In this document: piece by piece, positions 48,378 to 61,685 of the stretch | Position numbering within the stretch: the first letter of the stretch is position 1 | How the letters are laid out: every line of letters starts with the position of its first letter | Source: Chlorokybus atmophyticus | Taxonomy: Eukaryota > Plantae > Mesostigma and Chlorokybus algae | Assembly: GCA_009103225.1 (NCBI GenBank) | Contig: RHPI01001616.1 | Coordinates: 250,640 to 314,639 of the forward strand | Direction of reading: 5' to 3' | DNA: 64,000 nucleotides | Translations under genes and position numbers: made by a program | Notes under the pieces: generated by a model | What the model was told of the DNA's origin: nothing | Seen by the model: only the letters and a program-made list of their open reading frames with translations | Databases searched by the model: none

Positions 48378-48665
48378 ACGTGCGCAGCCATTTCACACTG
48401 TAGGTATGTTTTTGTTACACACAAAAACGCTCCGCCTTTCAGAATGGAAAGGACACAAAAGGTCTGGTTGAATTAAGCTTTGCATGTAGTGCCGATCAAC
48501 AACCTGGTTGGTGTGATCAGCATGCATGCAAGCTGTTGGGAAGATGATGTATCGATGAAGGTTTATAATGCACGCAAAGCATGTCACCAATTGAGCGGCT
48601 GTAACTGGCAGTTTGAAAGGCTGGCGAGAAATTTCCGACCTGCACGGAGGGACTACTCTCTCTCT

Positions 48666-50752
48666 CACACGGATTGACGTTCGGGGACCATGCATGGTCC
48701 CCGAACGTCCTTCCACGGACCCCGCGGGCCATACATGGTCCGTCCCCGCGGACCACGAGTGTCTGGTCCGCGAGGGACGGACTGTCCATGGTCCTTTTGG
48801 GGCCCCAACACCTGGCGCGCAGTCGCGCACCACATATGATCCGTGCCGCACCTTGTATGGTGCGGCACGGACCAGTACTCTACGCTGATTCCTGGATGCG
48901 GACCAGGAGTGGGCCCGCGGCTCAGCGGCCCGGCAGCCGCGCACCGTACATGGTCCGTGCCGCACCATGTATGGGGCGGCATGGACCAGCAATGTTGCTG
49001 GTTGGCGGCCCTGCAGGGCGCGCTACACGTGTACCATAACTGAAGTATAGTTATTGCATGTACGAGTACATAGGTACATTGTGTGTATCATCATTTAATA
49101 AATGACAGGCCGCACCGACTGTCGCCGCTTACCATAAAGTGGACAGTCGCAAATGGTCGGCGGCTGTCAATGTATATTGGCAGCCGGCTGTCCATGTACA
49201 TTTTAACTTAAACACAAGTGGACAGCCGCCGACCAGTTGCGGCTGTCCACTTGTGGCCTATATTTGTATAAATGGATATGTGTATACATATAAATATATG
49301 TGTATATATACACATATATATATATATATGTGTATACATGCTTATGTATATATATGTTAACAAATATACGTGTGTGTGTGTGCATGTAGGAATAGGCTTA
49401 AAGTATACAAGCAAAAATTGTTGACGTATTGCGGCCGCAATTTGCAGCCGTACAATAACTTCATATCTATCATTTCATGTACATACATTGTTGTAAGTAT
49501 ATTGATGCGCGTACACATGTGAATTAGACCTTTCATATGCGAAATTATATACATCGTAAATAATATATAAGAATATAATTGTACAAAGTGTTATGAATAC
49601 TGTACAATTACATAGTCTAAAATAATAACTATATCAAATTTACATCCATGCATTGCGCGTGTTAATTACATAAAATATAGTTCGTTGGTTATTACATTAT
49701 CATAATGTTCACAACCGTTAACATCATACCATGAATACATATGTTGATGCTGTTCGCATGTTGCATTGCTAAGCGTAGTTTATGATATGATTGGTTTTAA
49801 TAAATTGTATGAAACGAAAGCGCAAGCAATGTCAGATGTCATGACTTATAGCCTTACTTGTATAACCTCATAAATGGCCTATAAAAGCCTCATGCGACCA
49901 CAGAATCATCGACAGCCCGATAAGGTACACTGGCTGCATTGACAGTCGCAATTTGGCTACTATCACTAAGCATTGTCACAATGACAGCCCCTAACAAGTC
50001 TACAAATTGTACTGGCGTATTGACAACCGCCGAGTTCGCGTATGTAGTTTTACCACCGTCCATGTAACTGGTACAGCCTATGAATGCTACAATTGCATAG
50101 GCTCAGCCTATGGGCCTATCAAAGCGACACACAATCTCCGACTGTCCATCGGCAATTACTGCCGCCGGCCGACAGTCGCCAAGCGGCTGTCGGCGCATGC
50201 AATAAACGACATGATATAGGTTGCCATGCGACCCTCCCGATACGTGCACTTGTAGCTTAGTGGTTAGGGCGTCGTCTTTGAAATGCTAAAGGTGCTGGGT
50301 TCGAATCCGGCCGATGCGTGTTCTAGACTAATCATTCCACTAACGCCGCGGAGCCGGCCGCGGCCTCGTGCGCAGCAGGTTGGGCGTGGCCGATGTCGCC
50401 GGCAAAGTTGTCTCAACTTTTACTGCATTTGCACTCATATTTACATTGTTCCATAATAAATTCGGTCCATGGTCAGCTAGCCGGACCAGTTATGATTGAA
50501 ATATTGTAATGTTATGATTTTGTCCCTGGTCTGATGGCCGGACCATACCTGGTCCTGACGCAACAGTAATCGGCCGGACCTTAAGTGGTCCGTACCAAGG
50601 GACTATGGTACCATTCACGTGAAATTCGGACCATGCATGGTCCGACTGTCCATGAAAGCCGGACCATACATGGTCCGTCAATTTCACTTAGCAGGGGAAA
50701 ATCCCGGTCCTGCGTCACGGACCATTCATGGTCCTTGAACGTCAATCCGTGT

Positions 50753-50753
<1 letters not shown>
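48666..50753. mobile_element. Non-autonomous TIR DNA transposon, CACTA/CMC-like
   Basis: ~35-bp TIR CACACGGATTGACGTTC..GGACCATG.ATGGTCC, dense subterminal GGACCA/TGGTCC repeats at both ends, no coding capacity, inserted at a (CT)n tract. The superfamily is inferred from the CAC termini and subterminal repeats. Confidence 0.75.
50246..50318 (+). other. tRNA-like sequence (pseudo-tRNA or SINE head)
   Basis: A box TAGCTTAGTGG and B box GGTTCGAATCC at tRNA spacing. The D stem pairs, but the acceptor, anticodon and T stems are broken. Confidence 0.6.
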
Positions 50754-50811
<58 letters not shown>

Positions 50812-53800
50812 CCAATGCTTCATAACCATCAGTGATTACTTGTCAACAAACCCCGCTTCATAATGTATTTGCTATGATGTTGCAGCTGACTCCCCACAAA
50901 AAGCAATTGCTTGTCCTTTGTTTGGTTGCGTCCTTTATAATGATAATCTGCCTGTAAAGATGTAACCTGATTCTGTGTCTACTGCAATGGCATGGTTCCT
51001 GCCGAAGCTGTACTGAGACTTTGTCTCTGTTGCAGTAATACTTACAGGCTGTCATCACACGCAGGCTTACCTGTGGCTGATTCTAGCCGTGATCAGCTGA
51101 GTCAGAGCATCCATGAGTACACAACAACAAGTGAGAAGCTTCTTGTCCTCCATCTCATGCGCAGTGCACATGGGTTGGAGGACAGAAAGCTTCTCACTTG
51201 TTGTCTTGTGCAATGGCACACACCAGCAGCGGCGTGACCACCACTACCACCCCCACCCCCACCCCCCTCGTCTTGATTGTCATCACATAATTACATCTTC
51301 ACAAGCAACACCGTGTTGACAATACAGCAGAATACAACACAACATGAATCGCGAGGTCGGTTGGTGGCGGGGGGCGAGGTGTGCGGGACCGCACAGCGTG
51401 GTGGGGGATGCACCGTCATAGGGGCTGCTGGGACACAACCTAGTACAAGTGTTATTGCAGGACCGGCATCGGGACAACGCCCTGTTGTCGTGCCTTCCCT
51501 CGTGGCTCATCGTGGCTCGAACTCATTGTAAACCACCTTGTCATGCATGTCCGCATGCTATTGTACTCCGTAAGACCATCTCATGCATTGTCTCTCATCA
51601 CATGATAGACACACACAATGAAAGATGCGTGTCACCACCCCTTGAAAGGTGCATGTCCCCTTGCAAATGATAGGCAAGATGACCACAGCTTGACTTGCAA
51701 TCAGCCGTTCACTTGTGTAAAGCAATCCAAACTCAATCCTCACTCAAAGTACATGCTAAGGCAGCCCATACGGTGCGTCAAAGTCGCAATAGTGACACAC
51801 ACCCCTTCATGCACAGCAACGCACAGCAACGAACACGTGCACACACACCATTCATGCAAGTACGTGCACAAGCATCCGCTCAGCCAAGAACCTCTTCCCA
51901 AAGGTGTCGCTTGCACTCCAGTAGGCCAACTTGTATCCAACCAAACTAGGAAACAAGCTAGCAAAGCCTTGTATTCTTGGTCTTCCTCTGCAGGTACACG
52001 AAGTCTCCTGGTTAAAACTTCTGCAGTCTTGGCTTATAAAAGCCACTCCTCACCCTCGCACATCGCAATATGTCGCGGTAATGCGCCACTTGCAAGTTGC
52101 CAAGTGCGATTGGCATCACACGGCGGTCCGCACGCTTCACCATCTCCTTCTCCCACACATTGGGATCCTCCAAGCCAAGCCCCTGCTCAACCGATCTCCA
52201 GATTGATGTTGGCAATATGGGCTCCCTCCTGTCACAGCTGCACGGTGCAAAAAAAAGTAGGGACTGTACGAGCTCAAGCAGCCTGCCGCGTCATGCAATA
52301 GCCTATCGCCAGCCATGGCAACGCCAAGTCCCAGTCTCTCATGTTGTGGTTGAGACAGTACTAGCGAAGCCCCTTCTTCACCGCCTGTACCATTCTCTCA
52401 GCAAGCCCATTGGCCTAAGTATGGTTACGGGAAGTCCTTTGAAAGTCGATGACGGCTTGCGCCAACAAGTCGTTGAAATGGCCACGAAACTCGGTGCCTT
52501 GGTCAGTGAGAACCTCAGCACAAGCACCAAAACTGCTAAAAAAATATTTAAGGAAAGCCTCAGCCACAAGCTTGCTCTCCTTCGAAAGCAGCGCCACGAC
52601 CTCGATTCACTTTAAAAAGTGCTCTATCATTACGAGCACGTAACGGTTGCCTTTTTTGCTAAGTGGTAGGTCTCCGGCCAGATCTAGGCTCCACCGATAC
52701 AATAGTCCTTTGAGGCAAAGGGTGCAGCTGTGGGTGCTTGGCATTGAAGCTCGCCTTCATCCTGTCGCACTCTACACAGCTTGCAACAACTCCTGCCACG
52801 GTAGACCGCATGCCAGCCCACCAATATGCTGATTGCACGAGCCTAAGTGTCCTCTTGACACCAAAGTGGCCCATCTTCTCATGAAGCAGCTCCATAAGCG
52901 GCTTCATCTCATGTGGTTGAGGCACAATCCTCACACCTCCATTCGGCATCAAGCGCACAAGGTGGTTTCCCTCCCATCGATAGCGTTGTGCGCGTTGCCA
53001 CATGCGATCTCTTGTTGCCGTGCTGCACCCAGCTTGGAACAGCCCGGGCTTGAGGTGAGCAAGCACTTGCTCATCCCTCCAAATGTCTTTTAAAGCCTCG
53101 CCTTCCTCCCCTTGAATGTTATTGACCGTCAGGGCTGGTGCAGCCCTCAAAGGTGGCATTATACCATCATTGTCACCCTCTGCAGCTGCGTTTGCGTGTG
53201 TGGATGCGCATGCGTCCACCGAACCCGCCAACACCAGCAAGGAGGCCACACGGTAGGCCAAAAACCCAGCCACGCGCATGCCATAGTCATGCCTCGCCTC
53301 ACTCTCGTCCAACGATAAAGGGTTTGGGTTCCTATTTAGCCCATCCGCGTCCATGTTGTCAACACAAGCTCGGTGTTCAATATTCAACTCATACTCCTGC
53401 AGTATGAGCGCCCATTTGACATGCTTCCCTGTGAGCTTGTCATTGGTCATCAACCAATTTAAGGGCTGGTGGTCGGTGATGAGTGTGAAGGCACAGCCAT
53501 AAACTATGGCCCAAACTACTGCCAAGCACTCCCCCTAAAAAGAGCTGTAGTTCGCCTCTGCGTTGTTGTTGCTTCGGCTGCCATATGCCACCACATACTC
53601 CTTCCCATCATCATCCTTTTTACACAACACGGCCCCTATGCCCAAGCGGCTTCAATCCGTGTGTTGGGTGAAGGGACGGTTAAAGTCCGCCCATCTCAAC
53701 ACCGGCGCCGTGCATAGCTTCTCCTTGAGAAGCTCAAAGGCACGTTGACACTCCTCCGACCAGCACCAGGCCTTGTCCTTCTTTAACAACTCATTCAAGG

Positions 53801-54929
53801 GCTTTGCAATCTTGCTATACCCCTTCCCACAAACCTTCAATAGTAGTTTGCCAAGCCGAGAAACGCCCGTGGTCGGCTAATGTCTGTCGGTGCAGGCACT
53901 TGCACTAAGGCATCCACCTTTGCTTGCTGCACACGTACACCATCCGGCACTATCTCATGGCCGAGATAAGGGATACGATCAGCTCCAAACAAGCATTTCT
54001 CTGGATGACACCTCATGCCTCTCGCGCGCACGCGCTCAAACACGTGCTCCAAGTGCACGAGATGCTCCTCCATCGTGTGGTTAAACACCAATATGTTATC
54101 AATGTAGCACCTTGCGAAGGTAAACCGCGAAGCACACGGTCCATCACACGCTGTAACTTCACAAGTGCATTCTTCAAGCCGAATGGCATGACCTTCCATT
54201 TGTAGAGCTGGTCCACTCCCCCGAACGCTGTTTTGCCACGGTCCTCTGACTTGATGGCAATCTAGTTGAAGCCCTGCCTGAAGTCCATGATAGAGAACAT
54301 CTTTGCATCACCGATGTCGTTAAAGATAGCCTCAGGGCTAGGCATAGGGTATCGATTAGCCTTAGTCTTCTCATTCCATGGCCGATAGTCACCACACAGC
54401 CTCCTTGAGGTCCAATATCCTCGTGAATTTTTCTTCAACGGCAACACCGTCGCCGCCATGAAGTCCGCAGTTGACTCCTCAATGAGTCCGGCCTCCAACA
54501 AGTCAGCACACTTCTCTGCCACAACCTCCTTCTCCACCTTGCTCAGCCGATACTGCCTACGAAAGATGGGCTCCGGAGAGGTCAACTCAATGTCCATTGT
54601 GTAGAAGTTGCAGCCCCCAACTCTTTGGTAGAGTGGGCGAAGCAGTCACGCTTGCGCGCCAGCAACGCCTCGAGCCATTCACGCTCATGTGGTGTCGCAT
54701 GCTCGCCCACACACCACTCCATGGTCTGGTCGGTGGCCTTCTCCTGCTTCAAGGCACCATCTACAGCCGCTTTCTTGCCACTTGCAGCTGTCACAGGCGA
54801 AAAAGACACCCCCTTGCTATCCTCATCATGTGCAACTTGCTCCCACACCCTCGACAGAGGCGCAGGCTCCCGACGCGCTTGCTGTCGCGCCGGCATGATG
54901 CTTGCTACCAGGTTCTGTGCCACCAAGTA

Positions 54930-55880
54930 GACAACCATAAGCCACACCATGCTGTTCTGGTCCATGGCTTGTCCTAGCAGCACTTGGCGCTGTTGTTCAC
55001 TCAATCCTGGCGCCACCGTCGCACCGGACAAAAGCTCGCGCTCCCTAGCTGTTGGCTCTTCCAACCTGCTGTTCCGTGAGTCCCACACCAGCCCTGGCCC
55101 TCCCTTGCGAGATGCATAAGAGCCTAGGTATGCCACCAATGTCGGCAACGCCGCCATGTCGTGTCAGACCTGGTTTACCACCTCCTGAGGCAGCCAATCA
55201 GCCTTGCTGACCTGTTGTGATGTGCGCCCATGCTCCAGGACCTGGTTGACTGTCAAACCTTGCGGTCTAAATACTCTTGCTGCACCATGCGAAGCAACTC
55301 AACCGGCGCGAGGTTTGTCCACTTCACACGCAGCCGATGCGCGCGAACCATGCTGTGCCGCATCCATGACCAGCTCATGGCCTAGCACATCATGATGTCT
55401 CACCAGCTGGTAGTCTTCTTGCACGCGCTTGCGCTTGTCATCTTCAGCCGGCACATACTCAATGATGTACGCCATGGGCTGCTCTTGTCCTTGCTGAATC
55501 ATGTTGATGACGCGCACCAACTCCCAAAACAATGACGAGCGCGCATCCATCAATCCCTTGCCATGACCAGCCCGTGATTGCCCTTGGCATTCCCACCCCG
55601 CTATAAGCAAATCCACATGGCCGATTGCCGCGAGATGATGTGGCCCCACCAAGCAAATGTCTTGCAGCCATGTGCTTTGAAAGCCCTTCACCGCATCCTC
55701 ATGTCACAGATCCGGATGCTTCGTCAACAACATCCTCACATGATGTTGTGCACCTTGTTGCGCTGTTGACGAAGGGTCCGCATAGACATAGCGTCGCACT
55801 TTAATGCCGGTGTTTAACGCGGCCGCAAGCCCACTTGCAATGCCACCAAACAGCTCCACCATCACAACACCCTCCTCGGG
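54930..55880 (-). pseudogene. C5-cytosine DNA methyltransferase domain in pol of element B
   Basis: VMVELFGGIASG (motif I), RRYVYAD, VDLLIAGWECQG (motif IV), GLMDARSSLF, IIEYV (motif VI, N>Y), DAAQHGSR, LPTLV..EEPTARERE..RQVLLGQAMD (motifs IX-X). Lies between protease and RT. Confidence 0.9.
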
Positions 55881-58791
55881 GACCGTCCACTCGATGGTGT
55901 TGCAATTGATAGGCACATGAACAGCTCTCACACCCTCGGGCAGCAACGGCGGCTTCAATGCCATCACATCCCTCATCCATGCTTGGCTAACCTTGTCTCG
56001 AGCCTCTTGTTACCGCTGAGCATAATGTTGTGAAGCCAACTCCAGCTCTTGTGACTGAGTTTGAGCCATATAGACCAGCTCCGGAGGTCTCTCCTCCTCC
56101 ATGTGTGCGAGGACACTCTCCCCCTCCTCCACATGGTCATGGTACATGTCGGTGCTGTCACCAAGCCGTCCCTTGACTGAACGGCGACTCAAGCACGCCC
56201 ACAAAGCAGAGGTTGGAGACCTCTCAAGACCCCCTTGCGTGATGCTCAACGGAAAATAGGCCTTCTCACCTCTACCCACACGCCAACGCGGCCGAAAGAA
56301 CCGTTGTTCAATCCAATTGTCAACGCCGCCGCCGACAGGGAACAAGAAGTCTTGTCCAAGCAGCACATCATACCCCTTCGCATCCGTGATGAGGCATCGG
56401 ACCTTGAAGGACGTGGTGACACCTCCCAACGCAGTTAAGCATATGTCCACCGGCTGCACCGTGATGCCGCACGCGGCCTCCACGGTCCCCGCCGAGGTAT
56501 TGATTATGACCGGGCATGGCTCCCACTCCTTGAGGCTGATTCCCATCCCCTTGACAGATCCAGCACCCAAAATGACAGGTTGTGCACCTGTCTTCACCAA
56601 GACAACACCGGGCATGAAGCCGTCTAGGCTGATGTGTCCACCACGGTTGTCCACCATCGCCACATTTGGCGATATCTTCGCTCTCAAGGCTGGCCGAGGG
56701 GCGGGAAGCTGTGCCAACATCCCTCCTACACTCCCAACACCTTCCTCCAGCTTGTCTTCAAGCTGAGTGAGACTTCGACGCCGACGCCGACCCCTCGGGC
56801 GCCGCCAGCTCCGCGCGCGCAGCCATACGGCCTGTTTGCGCCACCATACCTTCATGAGATTTGCTCACATGGTCATGAGACTTTGTCGAGGCAGACATAT
56901 GGTGTCTAGAGCACTTTGCAACAGCTCCACCACGTGTTCCTTGCTGACTCCAAGGTCCTTCAAGCGAACAAGCGGCTGCCCGACAAGCTCCGCCGCAACG
57001 CTCTCCAACGGCGCCGTCAACTCCAAGTTTTCTTCTTGGCTTGAGTTGCGGGCTGTTGGGAAAGCATCTTGACACCCTCGAGAAGCTTCACACATATTCG
57101 TAGCAGCTCCTCCACCCTCTTGTGCTCACCATGACGCTGACATCATGTCGCGCCGTTGCAGTAGCATTGGCTGCACTTTCGCACCCTCCGAGCGCAAACT
57201 CTCTTGCTCCAACGGGGGTATTGGCAGCAACTTGAATGACATAGGCATGCGTGCAGCTGGTGCCCGCATCCTATCGTGATCCACACCCTCCTCGCGGACG
57301 GGTGCGGCCTCCTCCTCAACCATCCTAGTCTTATGCTAAAGTGCAGCGTTTCGCCGTGCCGACGCTCTCGTCGTCACAACCGCTGCCACCTTAGTGCCTC
57401 CGGAGAGCGCACTATACGCGAGGTAGCCCCCAGAGCTGCTTGGCTTATCCTCCGCTCCTCTCTCGGGCCATCTCCCTCGCTCAAGCATGTTCTGCTTGCA
57501 TTGCCGCCAATGCCTTTGTCACTTGCGACATCGTTGGCTCTTGTCTCACACTTGAGTGAGCTCCATCTGCCCCTCCTTGTTTTTTACGCAGCTCCAGATG
57601 CTTACTCCAACACTTAGCATCAACATGCCCCCCCTTCTTGCAATCAGCGCACACCACCTTCTTGCCTTTCCCACAATCCCTTGCAATATGGCCTTGCTCG
57701 CCACACGACCAGCATTTGGCACCCGACTCACCTTTCACAACCGCGTTGTTGGCGTGCTTGAACTCCTTTAACTTCCCATCAGCTGTTTGCCGCCGATGCC
57801 ACGGGCTTGGAAGAGCTCTTCTCCTCCAAATCTCAAGCAACTTCAACCCCCGACGCTGCCGATCAATGTTCTTGAGGTACTCATGCTGCATTTCTGCCAT
57901 CTCGGCCACCTTGAAGACATCCGCAAGCGTGTACATGCCGAACTCAGACTGAGTGGTCAACATGGTCTCCACCTTCAGCCTTAAGTCCGCCTCTAGTTGT
58001 TGAAGTTACACAACCGCCGCGGTCTAATTGGTCATCACCTTTTGATCCATGTCCATCAAGAGCTTGAACATGCGCGTATACATCATCCTCGCCGTCTCCC
58101 TGACATTGCGCTTAAAGAAACTCAGCTCATGAACCTTTGGGGGGTGTTGATTGTGGGTAGGTCTTGAACTTAGTCACGTGCTTCTCCTTCTTCCACTCCG
58201 CTTCAAATGCAGCCGGTGCGTCGAGCTGCAAGCGCCCTCTCCTTCACCTCCAGCTGCTCCTTAAACTCTCTCCACGTGTTAAGGGCTTCATCGTTGAGGC
58301 AAACTGCAACATCTCGAAGGCTTTGTGCTCGTCCCACCCCGACTTGTCCCAATACTCCCATTTGACCATCTCGGAGTCGAAGCAATCGATGAAGTCCCGT
58401 AAGTCCGCCGTGCCCGGCCTCCCACTGAACTTTGGTGTGCTATCCATGGTTGAAGCTAAATCAGGCATCACTCCACCCTCGTTCTCAATGTCGGACTTCT
58501 CGTCACTCGACAACTCCACCTCTTCCGCAAGGCCCTCCTCCACTGGAATGATACTTCCTTTCGCTCCTCTCTTTGAGGGCGGCTTGGGTGGGCGTGACTG
58601 CCAGTCCTCTCCAGATCTGGTGGGCATGAACTCGCCTGCAACTTGCTTCTTCCTTGAGCAAAACTCAGCTGATGGGTTGGATGCAAGTGAAAGGTGCGTG
58701 TCCCCTGCAAATAATAGGCAAGATGACCACAACTTGACTTGCAATCAGCCGTTCACTCGTGTAGAGCAATCCAAACTCAATCCTCACTCAA

Positions 58792-59459
58792 TGTGACGGT
58801 GCTCATGCCCTGTCACCTTGTGAGTTGGTCCAATCAATAACCCTCTCACCAAGACACGGTATTCACACCGGAACCTTGCCCCCTCTGCCAAGCACACGCG
58901 CGCCCCGCCACTCGCGTACGCACGCGCATGCGCTCAAAGCTACACACCCACTTGTGTAGCGCCTTGGATCGTCATACAAACAAGAACACACAAGTGGACA
59001 CACGCTAGCAACCCCTACTCACCACTGCCAAGCTTGCACACCAGAAACTAGGTAGCTAGAGGTTGTATTGCACATTGTAAAATGTCGCTTGTATACCTAC
59101 CAGTCTGCACATGCTACTATCTAGATGATTCCCGTGCTACACAAAACTAGATGCTAAGATGTAATTGCAAAACCTTGTAGTATACTTCTAGAACTTTCTT
59201 ACGCACTAAAGATCTCCTGATTAGGTGCTCACATGGTCAAGTTATACTACTTGGCGCTAGGCCCTTCCAAAAATCTGGTCGAGCCCTTCTCGACTGGCCC
59301 TCCGTTTTCTGGCACCTTCCGGACTGGTTCTGGGCCCCGATCGATATCCGCGGCAGACTCATAACTCGCCGATTTCTGCCACAAGTCATGAAAACGTGGT
59401 GCTCGATAAATGGGCCAAAAAAGGTCTTAAAATTATATAACTTGGCCTCGGCTGTTACA
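58792..59459 (-). mobile_element. Solo LTR (668 bp) inserted in the 5' LTR of element B
   Basis: TGT..ACA ends, TSD CTCAA/CTTAA; the 3' LTR of B has a single CTCAA at this site. Same family as 29631-30300. Confidence 0.9.
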
Positions 59460-60099
59460 CTTAAAGTACATTCTGAGACAGCCCATACTATGTACGTAGT
59501 ACGGTGCGACAAAGTCGCAACAGTGACACACACCCCTTCATGCACAGCAATGCACAGCAACGAACACGTGCACACACACCATTCATGCAAGTATGTGCAC
59601 AAGCATCCGCTCAGCCAAGAACCTCTTCCCAAAGGTGTCGCTTGCACTCCAGTAGGCCAACTTGTATCCAACCAAACTAGGAAACAAGCTAGCAAAGCCT
59701 TATATAACACCGTTGAACCCAAACCCAACCAACTCTCCAACTACCCTAATTGTCAGTCTGCACCAGCTTAGTAACAGTATGATGGCGTTGATAAGTAACG
59801 GTAGATGGTTAGGAAAGGCTTATCCAATTCAAGCTCATCCTCTTCAAGTACACTTTAAGATGCATCTTTTTACGCCAACCCACGGCCAAACCGCCACTCC
59901 TACTGTAAGTTATGGCTTCTCAAAGTCACAACTCAAAAACAGCTGCGCGGGATACCATAATGACTCGTATATGCTGTCAGCTCGGTATCTAACCATGGAT
60001 ACACCTCGAACACATCTCCCTCACGTCCATGAGGACCTAAACATGAGTTCCCAACGAAAACCCAACACATAAACCGTGTAAAATGGCTATGAGAGCCGA

Positions 60100-60543
60100 A
60101 ATCCCAAGGTCCATCCATGCCGTCAGCCCCGAGGGCACCATGCACATGACACTTCATGCTCGCGCATGACACTGTACAGGTACATATTGTGTTTGTGTCT
60201 TCTCTTCCTGCACGCATCCTCACAAACCAAGACCTGCCACACACATATGTGCACACGCACGCATACACACACATGCTCACGCACACACATTCAAGTGGTT
60301 GTGTTGGTCCTAACTTCACCTTCACCGTGCAGGTTGTGCTGCACTCAAAGCTATGGCCAATGCTCATGTGGTACGGTGAGATTGGCAGTGAGAGCTCTTG
60401 TCTCAACCACAGCACCAACAACAACGACAACAACAAGAGCAGCAACAACAACAGCAATAACATTCTTCCACGTGGACCTTGGCGGGTGACCCGTGATTGC
60501 GGGGTCATGGGTGGGTCGCTATAAGTATCTGATATCGGCGTGT

Positions 60544-60629
<86 letters not shown>

Positions 60630-61685
60630 NCCTGCCAGAGTGGCCAGGCACGACAACAACAACAACAATGCCACCACCAACAACAACGCTCACACCTTAG
60701 CAGTGGCCACAACAACGGCTCAGCGCGTATCACACCTATCGTTGCAGAGCCCGAGGGGCCTCATGCCTTCATTGACATACGCAGCCGGGTGGTCCACCAC
60801 AAACATGATGAGTGAGGTTGTAAAGCACAACAACAACAACAACAACAACATGATGGGTGTCAAGCACACGCACACGCACACGCAGCTGGTTTTTGTCACA
60901 GACACCGGCAGCACGCGCGGTAGCGACACCAAAAGGGGAGAAGAAGGAGGAGCCAGCAGAGCAGGGGGAAGTAAGCAGCCAAAGTGAAGCTAGAAGTAGC
61001 GGACATGGATGGAGGAGGAAGCTCACATGCATCTGGCTCTGGCTCTGGCTCTAGATCTGGCTCTGGATTTGGATCCGGGTCGGACAACAGCCGGAATTGC
61101 TCTGGCGCAGGCGAGAACAACGTGCAGATTGATGACCACAACCACAACTTGTGGTTGCACCACAACAACCATTATCATGATGGCTTCATGGACAGCAGCG
61201 AGCAGCCCATACACGTGGGATAGCGTGGACACGAAGTGGCCGGAGCAGTGCGCCGCCATGTTGGTAGAGAGACAAGGTGGTGCACGTGGAGGTGGAGGTG
61301 GGAGTGGGATACTGTTGGAGAGCTGCAACAAGCGCACCTCCGCCGAGTACGCCCGCGGCCACCACCACCGCAACAGCAACATCGGCTACTCCGAGGAAGA
61401 CACTGACGGGGACGCCCACCACACGAAGCGCTAGTGCACCGACACCAACAACCGCAACCACAACGTAGCAGTCTGTTGTGGTCATGGCAACCACATGTGC
61501 ACTCGCCGCCACACTCCGCGCGCATCATCAACGCGCGTCATCACAGACATACACATACACAACAACACTGCCGCCGACATATATACAACAATGCCAACGC
61601 AAGCGACAACGGCTTGGGAACCATGCATCAGATGCTGTCGAACGCGCAGTTGCGCAACCCTTCGCCAAGAGAAGGACGGTTATGA
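60100..61685 (+). pseudogene. 5'-truncated, decayed paralog of the last exons of the HD/zf/AP2/Agenet gene
   Basis: Keeps the last intron and [48 protein letters not shown] and [17 protein letters not shown], but with frameshifts, stops and a (CA)n expansion. The 3' flank also matches 21350-21560 reversed. Confidence 0.85.
60545..60629. repeat. (CA)n microsatellite ending at an N
   Basis: Direct reading. Confidence 0.95.

Larger units (their letters stand above)
51643..59709 (-). mobile_element. Decayed Ty3/gypsy element B carrying a C5 DNA methyltransferase
   Basis: Direct repeats 59709-58688 (with insertion) and ~51970-51643. Order: gag (MPTRSG, PKFSG, CWSCGEQGHIARDC), PR (VLVKTGA..DVLLGQDFL), DNMT, RT (YIDN), RH (TDH), INT (H..GHFG..C..C, TDQGTEF). 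The integrase tail, PPT and 3' LTR start appear deleted; no TSD was found. Confidence 0.88.

Noticed and set aside
50246-50318. Functional tRNA gene
   Set aside because: The acceptor, anticodon and T stems have multiple mismatches and the anticodon is ambiguous.
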